A DNA stretch of 63,431 nt from the NCBI GenBank assembly GCA_009692435.1, contig SHZE01000004.1, positions 1 through 63,431 of the forward strand, read 5' to 3'. The translations under genes and the position numbers were made by a program. This document shows, piece after piece, positions 44,858 to 52,462 of this stretch. Below the pieces are notes generated by a model. The model did no database searches and was not told the origin of the DNA. It saw only the letters and a list, made by a program, of their open reading frames with translations. Within the stretch, counting starts at the first letter, position 1; every line of letters begins with the position of its first letter. The stretch comes from Deltaproteobacteria bacterium (lineage in GTDB: Bacteria; Desulfobacterota; Binatia; Bin18).

Positions 44858-44924
44858 GGATTTTGGAGTTGGGCTTTGGGAGTTGGCCTAATGACTCGAA
44901 ACTCGAAACTCATTACTCAGAACT
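44858..44924. repeat. Paired heptamer arrays (GGAGTTG/GGCTTTG and AACTCGA)
   Basis: 44858..44885 and GACTCGA AACTCGA AACTCAT TACTCAG at 44893..44920. Confidence 0.85.
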
Positions 44925-44939
44925 GAAGTGGGAGGCCCT

Positions 44940-46091
44940 ATGCCTGGCATTCTCGAAGGAATTCGTGTTTTTGATTTGACGATCGCGGCGGTGGGTCCGT
45001 GGGCGAGTAAGTTGCTTGGGGAACTCGGGGCGGATGTTATCAAAGTGGAAGCTCCAGAAGGGGAGTTGTCGCATGCGATCCCGCCGCCGATCAAAGGGAC
45101 TGCCGTCCTCTACATCTCGGCCAATTTCAATAAACGTCATATCGTGCTTGATCTCAAGAACGAGGGCGACCGCGCCATTGCCCTCAGGCTGGTCGAGAAG
45201 AGTGATATTTTTGTCCAGAATATGCGCCCCGGCGCGGTCGAGCGGTTGGGGCTGGGCTTCGATGTCGTGTCGAAAATCAATCCCCGGATGATTTATGTGG
45301 CAGCTTCGGCATACGGGCGTGTGGGGCCGATGGCGAAGGAAGCCGGGATTGATCCCCTCCTGCAAGCGTTTTCCGGTTGGTGCAGTATTACCGGTCAGCA
45401 AGGCGGGGAAGGAGAGATGTTTCGCCACCTCGCGCACCTCGACATCTCCACAAGCACAATGATTGTGGAAGCTGTCCTGCAAGCGCTGTTGGCCCGTGAG
45501 CGGACCGGCAAAGGCCAGAAGATCGAGATTGAAATGCTTGCTGGTGCCTTGTCGTTGCAGACCAGTCGCCTCGCGGAATACTTCGCGACTAATGAACAAC
45601 CGAGGCCAATGGGCAGCGCGGTGACGACGACCGTGCCGCATCAAGCGTTCCGGTGTGAAGATCAACAATACCTTGCCGTTGGCGTGGTGAGTGAGGATCA
45701 ATGGCCACGCTTTTGTCGAGCGCTGAAACTTGACGATTTGTGTCTCGATTCCCGCTTCGCGACCAACCCACAACGAGTGAGGAATCGCGCCGAGTTAATT
45801 CCGCTTGTTGAAGCACGGTTTCGCACCAAACCGGCGGCCTGGTGGGCTATCCGTCTCACGAAAGAGCAAGTGCCGAACAGTCGCATCATGGATTTTGAGG
45901 GACTGCGGCATCACCCGCAAGTGCTGCAAAACCAGCAGATTGTGGAATTACAGACTCCGCATTGGGGGGCGCTGCAGGTCGATGGCTTGCCGTGGAAGTT
46001 CGAGAAAACACCAGCGGGCCCGATTCGCCCAGGCGGACTGAAGGGGGAGCATACTGACGAGGTGTTGCGGGAGTTTGGGCTTATCGAGTGA
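44940..46091 (+). CDS. Family III CoA-transferase, subunit retaining the catalytic Asp
   Basis: VFDLTIAAVGP, NFNKR, AHLDISTS. Confidence 0.88.
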   Translation: MPGILEGIRVFDLTIAAVGPWASKLLGELGADVIKVEAPEGELSHAIPPPIKGTAVLYISANFNKRHIVLDLKNEGDRAIALRLVEKSDIFVQNMRPGAVERLGLGFDVVSKINPRMIYVAASAYGRVGPMAKEAGIDPLLQAFSGWCSITGQQGGEGEMFRHLAHLDISTSTMIVEAVLQALLARERTGKGQKIEIEMLAGALSLQTSRLAEYFATNEQPRPMGSAVTTTVPHQAFRCEDQQYLAVGVVSEDQWPRFCRALKLDDLCLDSRFATNPQRVRNRAELIPLVEARFRTKPAAWWAIRLTKEQVPNSRIMDFEGLRHHPQVLQNQQIVELQTPHWGALQVDGLPWKFEKTPAGPIRPGGLKGEHTDEVLREFGLIE

Positions 46092-46109
46092 GGCCGGGGC
46101 ACTGAGGGG

Positions 46110-46157
46110 AAAAAGTCAAAAGGCAAAGCGCAAAAGTCAAAAGGCAAAAGTGAAAAT
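46110..46157 (+). repeat. Heptamer array (CAAAAGT/CAAAAGG) x6 abutting the ATG at 46158
   Basis: AAAAAGT CAAAAGG CAAAGCG CAAAAGT CAAAAGG CAAAAGT GAAAAT|ATG. Confidence 0.88.
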
Positions 46158-47414
46158 ATGAGCGGAGCGCTATCAGGATTTACTATCGTCGATCTCACGC
46201 AAGGACTCTGCGGTCCGTTTGGTTCGATGCGTCTTGGCGACGCTGGGGCGGAGATCATCAAGATTGAACCATTGGCTGGCGATTTTTCTCGTGCGATGGG
46301 GCCGCCGTTTGTTGGTGATGAGAGCGCGGTGTTTCTGAGTCTCAATCGCAATAAGAAAAGTGTGGCGCTCGATATTCATTCGCCCGAAGGTCAGGACCTC
46401 GTTCGTCAATTGGTGGCTAAGGCCGATGTGCTGCTCGAAGACCTCGGTCCGGGTGAAGCCGAGAAACTAGGCCTTGGCTACGACACGCTCCGAATTCTGA
46501 ACCCTAAGCTCGTCTACTGCGCCATTAGCGCGTTTGGGGAAGAAGGTCCGCTGCGCAACATGCCTGGGGCTGAGTTGGTGATTCAAGCGATGGCGGACTA
46601 CACCAACTCACTCGGAAGAATCGGCGAACCCCCAGTGCGGACGGGGACCGATGTTGCCAGTATCAATACCGGCATCTTTGCGTCACAAGCGATCACCGCC
46701 GGGCTCTTTCATCGGGTCCGCAAGGGAGAAGGGCAGCGCGTCGCCGTTAATATGTTGAGCACGTTGCTCCACATGCGCGGGATTATGTGGACGGCGATGA
46801 CGGATCCTGACGAGTGGTATGGCTTTCACCTTGACCATTACACCAGGCCACCCGATCAGGGCTACAAAACCAAGGATGGGCATGTGTACTTTGGTTTGCG
46901 GCGTGGCAATAGCGAAGATTGGGATCGGCTCCTGATTTCTCTTGGCATGATTGAGAGCTTGAGCGACCCTCGGTTCGCGGGCTTTGGCCGCGATGCCACG
47001 AGTATTGGTCGCTATGCCGCCGAAGTGAAACCGCTGTGGGAGCAGGGGTTCAAGGACATGACGAGTGAAGAAGTCGTCCGCTTGATTCATGAATTCAATG
47101 GGGATGCCGTACCATTCATGGAGTACCCACAACTCGTTGCCCACCCACAGATACAGGCGTTGGGTGTGGTGCAAGAGATTGACCATCCGACGGCTGGAAA
47201 GTTTAAGACTGTTGGTCCGGTGTGGCGCTTCTCGGACACGCCAGCGAAGATTCAGAGTCCGCCTCCGACATTGGGGCAGCATACCGAAGAGGTGCTGGAG
47301 AAACTCGGAGTGAGCCGCGCAGAGCTGCGCCGATTGGAAAACTCAGGGATTGTCGGAAAGTCTTCACCTAATCCCAGGATTCCTTTGATTGATGAGGAGA
47401 CCGTGAGAATCTGA
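46158..47414 (+). CDS. Family III CoA-transferase-like subunit, catalytic Asp apparently replaced by Ser
   Basis: IVDLTQGLCGP, LNRNKKS, but GTDVASINTG at the A-D-x-x-x-G position. Confidence 0.85.
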   Translation: MSGALSGFTIVDLTQGLCGPFGSMRLGDAGAEIIKIEPLAGDFSRAMGPPFVGDESAVFLSLNRNKKSVALDIHSPEGQDLVRQLVAKADVLLEDLGPGEAEKLGLGYDTLRILNPKLVYCAISAFGEEGPLRNMPGAELVIQAMADYTNSLGRIGEPPVRTGTDVASINTGIFASQAITAGLFHRVRKGEGQRVAVNMLSTLLHMRGIMWTAMTDPDEWYGFHLDHYTRPPDQGYKTKDGHVYFGLRRGNSEDWDRLLISLGMIESLSDPRFAGFGRDATSIGRYAAEVKPLWEQGFKDMTSEEVVRLIHEFNGDAVPFMEYPQLVAHPQIQALGVVQEIDHPTAGKFKTVGPVWRFSDTPAKIQSPPPTLGQHTEEVLEKLGVSRAELRRLENSGIVGKSSPNPRIPLIDEETVRI

Positions 47415-48260
47415 ATCTCCGGTGGGACACGAAAACGCACTGGAATAATGCTTGTCCCCACACCGGTACTGACGAACAGGTGTCGTCCCTGCTCAATAAT
47501 ATGGCCAGCCGCATAACGTTGGCCATATTTGGAAGGAACGATTGGTCTGCCGACCAATGGGAGATTGACCTGACCGCCGTGTGTATGCCCGGCTAACGTG
47601 AGACTGACGCGCGCTGGAATATCAGGAAACACATCTGGGCTATGGGTGAGTAGCAGAATGGGGTCGTCATCAGGAATGTCTTTCAAGGTGCCGGGTATAT
47701 CAGGAGTCCTGGTCCATAAGTCGGCCAAACCAGCAACCCAGAAGAATCGGTCCCCTGTAGACCCGAATAGCTTCGTTCTCCAAGACGCGAATCCGCGCCT
47801 TTTGTAGAGCATTCCTGACCCGTTCACCATCGTACCACCAGTCGTGATTGCCCAGGACCGCAATGACGCCGAGCGGAGCACGGAGGTTTTTCAATTCTTG
47901 CGCAATCCGTTCTGGCTCAACGGATGATCCTCCGAGAACCCCGCTAATGACGAAGTCGCCCAGGAGCACGATAATATCTGGAGTTTCGCTATTGGTGCGT
48001 GCAACAACGGCGTGAAGTTTCTCAACATCCAGGTGTGGAGCGCCGATGTGCAGATCGCTCAATACGGCAATCCGCAGATCATGATGTTCCCCGTGCCATT
48101 GTGAGACCTCGATAGGGATGTGTTGGACGGTGACTTGGTCAGGTTCGATGACGAATGCCCACACGCCGAGAAGCACGGTAAGCAGTGAAAGGGTCTTCCA
48201 CAGCACAAGAACTTTGGGATTGAACCGTGATGGACTCGGCATGAACATTCGTGCCGTCAT
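47252..48260 (-). pseudogene. Calcineurin-like metallophosphoesterase (YkuE/YaeI-like), frameshifted near 47755
   Basis: LSDLHIG, LGDF, VLGNHDW in one frame; LTHSPD, LAGHTHGGQV in another; the break is at TAC AGGGGAC CGA. Confidence 0.8.
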
Positions 48261-49027
48261 TCTTGCGAGGTGAGGAATTCATTCACGATACGGGCAAACT
48301 CCCGCGGCGCTTCAGCATGCACCCAATGCCCAGTGCCAGGGATTGTCACCAGTTGCGTGCGAGGAAATAGCGCTCTTATCGCGACGAAGTCGTTCTCCTT
48401 GAGATAGCCAGAGTTCGCGCCTTTGATGAAGAGCGCTGGCTTTGCAAAGGTACTGGTCTTCTCAAATCCTTTGAGTATCTCGTGATAATTATCGCGAATG
48501 CCATCAAGATTGATCCGCCAGCGAAACGCTCCCGACTCCGTGCGTTCGAGATTCTTCAAGAGGAACTGTCGCAACGCGAGATCAGGGAGATAGTGGGCAA
48601 GAGCTGCGTCCGCGTCTTGGCGGCTGCGCAACGTCGGCAAATCGAGTGCATAGAGCGCGGCAAAGACATCATCATGGCTAGGGGGGTAGACCTTGGGCGC
48701 AATGTCCACCACTATGAGTTTGTCTACTATGTCAGGGTACGTGACAGCGAAGCGCATGGCGACTTTTCCACCCATTGAGTGACCAAGTACATAGGCTGAC
48801 GGTAACGCATGTTGCTGCATGAACTCATGGAGATCGTCGGTCATCGTCTGATAGGTAAAATCTTGGCTATGCGGTGAGCGCCCATGATTGCGCTGGTCAA
48901 GCGCGAAGACCTGCCAATGTTGACCAAAGGATTTGCTCAGCGTCCGCCAGTTCTCCTGTGTTCCAAACAATCCGTGCAGAATAATGAGCGGATGACCTTG
49001 GCCGTAAGTTTCGCAATGAAGGTGCAT
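48257..49027 (-). CDS. Alpha/beta hydrolase (YbfF-like esterase)
   Basis: LHGLFG, DQRNHGRS, GHSMGGK, GHWVHAE. Confidence 0.9.
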   Translation of the reverse strand: MHLHCETYGQGHPLIILHGLFGTQENWRTLSKSFGQHWQVFALDQRNHGRSPHSQDFTYQTMTDDLHEFMQQHALPSAYVLGHSMGGKVAMRFAVTYPDIVDKLIVVDIAPKVYPPSHDDVFAALYALDLPTLRSRQDADAALAHYLPDLALRQFLLKNLERTESGAFRWRINLDGIRDNYHEILKGFEKTSTFAKPALFIKGANSGYLKENDFVAIRALFPRTQLVTIPGTGHWVHAEAPREFARIVNEFLTSQE

Positions 49028-49094
49028 GGGTCGTACTTGCCTAATAAATTTTGACGATCAAATTCGATAATAGCAGAGATAGGGATTTCAGGTT

Positions 49095-49130
49095 CCCTCT
49101 CCCGGCTGGGAGAGGGGCAGGGTGAGGGGG
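49095..49130. repeat. CCCTCTCC...GGGAGAGGG palindromic repeat, copy B
   Basis: CCCTCTCCCGGCTGGGAGAGGGGCAGGGTGAGGGG. Confidence 0.7.
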
Positions 49131-49239
49131 ATCATCGTGAGATTCCCGATTTTGTTTGTCAGAGTTCATTAGAAGAGAGCGTGTGCGTGCTACCCTATCA
49201 CAATTTGACCACGAGAACAGGAGGAGGGGTGAGGGCGTG

Positions 49240-49287
49240 TCCATTCTCCTCGCGCATCCGGCGGGGGTGGATGGCGAGGAGAATGGA
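49240..49287 (-). terminator. Long hairpin downstream of amtB
   Basis: TCCATTCTCCTCGC...GCGAGGAGAATGGA (14 bp) with an inner CATCC/GGATG pair. Confidence 0.6.
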
Positions 49288-49328
49288 TTGGGCGGGAGCC
49301 GTCTACCGGCTGGGCAAGAGAAGAGGAC

Positions 49329-50738
49329 TTAGGCGGTATGCCCCGGTTTTGCAAGGAGCGGGAAAGAAGCGGAGCTTACGATGCTGGCCCGCATGGGCTC
49401 TGAAGCAATCGAGCCACCACTCCCTAAAGAATAGGCATTTTCGCTATGTTGCGAGATGTCGAGTCCATCGTATTCTTCTTCTTCCGACACGCGGAGTGAG
49501 CCGAAAGCGATTTTGAGCACCATAAGTAAAATGAGGGTGGTCACGGCGGCGAACACGGTGACAAAGGCCACGCTCTTCAGTTGGATCATAAACTGCTGGG
49601 TGTTGCTTTCGACTCCTGACCCCAGCGTTACGGCGAAGAGGCCCGACGCGAGTGCTCCCCACATCCCACCGAGTCCGTGTACGCCAAACACATCCAGTGA
49701 ATCGTCATACCCCAAAGCCGGTTTGAGGAAGGTGCAAGCAGCGTAGGAAACGATGGACACGCCAGCCCCAACGGCGATGGCACCCAAGGGACCGACATTG
49801 CCACACGCGGGAGTAATAGCAACGAGACCAGCAACGGCAGCAGTGGCACCGCCGAGCGCAGTCGGTTTGCCGCGATGCACCCATTCGATTAATGCCCAGA
49901 CGACGACGGCGGTTGAGGCTGCGGTGCTCGTATTGAGAAAAGCGAGTGCGGCAAGCGGGCTGGCACTGAGGGCACTTCCGGAATTGAAGCCAAACCATCC
50001 AGCCCAAAGGAGTCCGGCACCAACGAGACAGAGTGGCAGATTGTGAGGAGGCATGGGGTCTTTGCCGAACCCTTGGCGTTTGCCGAGGAAAAGGGCAGCG
50101 ACAATTGCCGAGATTCCGCTCGACATGTGGACGACGAGTCCCCCAGCGAAGTCAATCGCACTGGCCTTGAATATCCATCCCTCACTCGCCCAGACCATGT
50201 GCGCGATCGGGCAGTAGACCACGAGTAACCAGAGTGAGATGAACGCTATCCAGACGGAAAACTTCATACGTTCCGCGATCGCTCCCAGGATTAAGGCCGG
50301 GGTAATAATGGCGAACATCGCTTGGAACATAATAAAGACGTATTCGGGAATGTTCCGGGGCGGAGTCGCGAAATTCGCGGAGACGGAGTCTAGCGTGACC
50401 CCCGCAAGTCCAACTTTTGACAGGTCACCAATGAAAGCTCCACCCGTACCAAAAGCCAAGCTATAGCCAACGAGAATCCATAATACGCCGACTATGCCCG
50501 CGGACAGAAAACATTGCATGAGGACATTGAGGACGTTTTTAGCGCGTACGAGCCCGCCGTAGAACAAGGCCAACCCTGGCAGTGTCATCATAAGAACGAG
50601 CGCCGAGGCGGTCAGGACCCAGGCGGTATCTCCCGTGTTGATCGCGGCCGCCTCCTCCGCAAGAGCAGGCTGGGCCCAAAGTAGAGCCGCGCTGGTGAGA
50701 CTGAGAACCTTAGTCTGTAGACGATGTGGATGTTTCAT
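49329..50738 (-). CDS. amtB: Ammonium transporter
   Basis: GDTAWVL, FQAMFAIIT, DFAGGLVVH, WAGWFGFNSGS, DDSLDVFGVHG. Confidence 0.96.
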   Translation of the reverse strand: MKHPHRLQTKVLSLTSAALLWAQPALAEEAAAINTGDTAWVLTASALVLMMTLPGLALFYGGLVRAKNVLNVLMQCFLSAGIVGVLWILVGYSLAFGTGGAFIGDLSKVGLAGVTLDSVSANFATPPRNIPEYVFIMFQAMFAIITPALILGAIAERMKFSVWIAFISLWLLVVYCPIAHMVWASEGWIFKASAIDFAGGLVVHMSSGISAIVAALFLGKRQGFGKDPMPPHNLPLCLVGAGLLWAGWFGFNSGSALSASPLAALAFLNTSTAASTAVVVWALIEWVHRGKPTALGGATAAVAGLVAITPACGNVGPLGAIAVGAGVSIVSYAACTFLKPALGYDDSLDVFGVHGLGGMWGALASGLFAVTLGSGVESNTQQFMIQLKSVAFVTVFAAVTTLILLMVLKIAFGSLRVSEEEEYDGLDISQHSENAYSLGSGGSIASEPMRASIVSSASFPLLAKPGHTA

Positions 50739-50794
50739 TGCTCCTCCCTCCTAAAGATGTGAACGCTGTGGCAGTTCTGCTGGTGCGGGAAGAG

Positions 50795-50810
50795 AGCAAG
50801 GAGGGTGCCA
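50795..50810 (-). promoter_or_regulatory. Sigma54 (-24/-12) promoter of amtB
   Basis: Minus strand TGGCACCCTCCTTGCT fits TGGCAC-N5-TTGCW exactly. Confidence 0.85.
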
Positions 50811-50868
50811 CTGGCAAGCCTCTAAATTATCAGCAGAAAGGAAGGAGCAGGGAACACGAAGCCGCGTG

Positions 50869-50895
50869 GGCAGTGCCTAGAAGATGAGCACTGCC
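50869..50895. promoter_or_regulatory. Putative NtrC-type upstream activator site
   Basis: GGCAGTGC-11 nt-GCACTGCC palindrome containing TGC-N11-GCA (50874..50890), ~100 bp upstream of the expected start site. Confidence 0.55.
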
Positions 50896-50933
50896 GATTT
50901 TTTCACCAGCAAGAATTGGGGAGAGCAAGAAGA

Positions 50934-52229
50934 TCAGCGTGGGGACCAGAAGGCGATATTGCCGTCGGCGACTGACTTTGGGGTAGCGTGAGGAGTAGCA
51001 TCAACAACATAGACCGAGGGGTTGCGGATAGCTGTTGCTGGATGGGCATCGGGGCCAGCACTTCCAGTGAACACAAAGTGCTTACTATCCAGCGACCATA
51101 AACGATGCGACAGTGCGTATTGATCGAAATACTGAAATACAATCAACATGGGACGAGCGGGGAGGAAATCAACGACCTCGGAAATTTTGCCGTCAGCCAC
51201 ATCAACGATGCACCAAGTCCACAGAAAACTCTCAGGTTTGCGCCGGGCATAGAGAATACGGGTACCGTCTGGTGACCAGAAATAGCCAGCAAGGGGCTCT
51301 TTCACAAGCATGCGAACCTTGCCTGAGGGCACATCGACCAGTTGAAGGTTCTCAACTATCGGGTCGTCGGCAACCGCGCTGGTCGCGACGGCAATCTGTG
51401 GTTGGGTGGGGGACCACTCCATCGTGATCTTTTCCGGGAAAGTGCCGAGCGATTTCGCGGCACTGCCGTCCGCTGCGGCAACCATCAATGCGGTCTTGGC
51501 CGTCTTGTCCTTCTTCTCCTCGACCTGGTCTCCATACGCAAGCCATTTTCCATCCTGGGACCAAGAAGGAGGGCCGAAGACAGCGGGCGAGCGGGAAACG
51601 ATCGTGCGTTTGCCACTGCCGACATCAAGCATGCTGACGGAGTGTCCGTCTTTGCTATCGCGTTCTCCACCAGTATGCACCAGCAAGGCTTGGGCATCGG
51701 CTCGCCAATTGAAATAGAAGGGAATGCCCTGAGCCAGAGTTTTGGGTTGCTGGCCTTCTGGTGGTGGCCACAAGCCGAGAGATAATGGGCTTGTTCCTCC
51801 TCCCCCGAGCAAAACAGCGAGGTGTTGGCTATCTGGTGCCCAATACGCATAGATGGGTTGCAGCCCTGGGGCTTTATAGGAATGCAGGACCTGTGAACTG
51901 GCGACGTCAAACATGTAGAGGCCGTCGATCTGCGAGTTTTCTCCCGCGACCAGACGGAAACTCGCAATACGCGACCCGTCTGGAGACCACACGGGCCAAC
52001 TGTAGAAGCCTTTGGCATCTTCTTCCTGCATGGGTCGTGGGGTAAAGGCGATGGTTTGGAGCATCTCGCCAGAAGCGAGTTTCCGCCGCCCCGTGCCATC
52101 GGGTTGGATGGTTTGGATGTCTCCTGTCGAGTCGACGTAGGCGATGCGATTGGTCTCGGCATACACCGGAAGGGCGAGGGCGAGCGACGCGAGCAAAAAA
52201 AACCAACAGTGGGAAATACGCTGAGTCAT
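50934..52229 (-). CDS. Exported TolB-like (PD40) beta-propeller protein
   Basis: Signal peptide; repeated WSPDG / WAPDS / WSQDG motifs. Confidence 0.82.
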   Translation of the reverse strand: MTQRISHCWFFLLASLALALPVYAETNRIAYVDSTGDIQTIQPDGTGRRKLASGEMLQTIAFTPRPMQEEDAKGFYSWPVWSPDGSRIASFRLVAGENSQIDGLYMFDVASSQVLHSYKAPGLQPIYAYWAPDSQHLAVLLGGGGTSPLSLGLWPPPEGQQPKTLAQGIPFYFNWRADAQALLVHTGGERDSKDGHSVSMLDVGSGKRTIVSRSPAVFGPPSWSQDGKWLAYGDQVEEKKDKTAKTALMVAAADGSAAKSLGTFPEKITMEWSPTQPQIAVATSAVADDPIVENLQLVDVPSGKVRMLVKEPLAGYFWSPDGTRILYARRKPESFLWTWCIVDVADGKISEVVDFLPARPMLIVFQYFDQYALSHRLWSLDSKHFVFTGSAGPDAHPATAIRNPSVYVVDATPHATPKSVADGNIAFWSPR

Positions 52230-52322
52230 GTCTTGTGCCTCCGGCAGCGAACAGCGGGGACGATACCAGAGTTTCTAGAGCAACGAAACCTATCCAGAGA
52301 GAAGCGAAAGAGCGTGAGCGCG

Positions 52323-52351
52323 TTGACACTAGCAGGGTGAAGCTTTATAAA
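52323..52351 (+). promoter_or_regulatory. Near-consensus sigma70 promoter for the shc operon
   Basis: TTGACA-17 nt-TATAAA. Confidence 0.75.
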
Positions 52352-52462
52352 ATTCCCACTGTAAAAACCGGAGAGAAGAGTTGTTCCGGTCTGCCTCTCG
52401 TCTGCCTGATCTTCTGGGGCCAGGGGCCGCGAGGCAGGGAAGTTGTGGTAGTGGAAGAGAAC

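Noticed and set aside
7026-46157. Heptamer arrays or REP doublets as a CRISPR array
   Set aside because: Units are 7 bp and contiguous with no unique spacers, and no cas genes are present.
12209-48260. All frameshifts as random sequencing error
   Set aside because: Not fully excluded, but housekeeping genes are intact and lesions cluster at toxin 5' ends; read mapping is needed to settle it.
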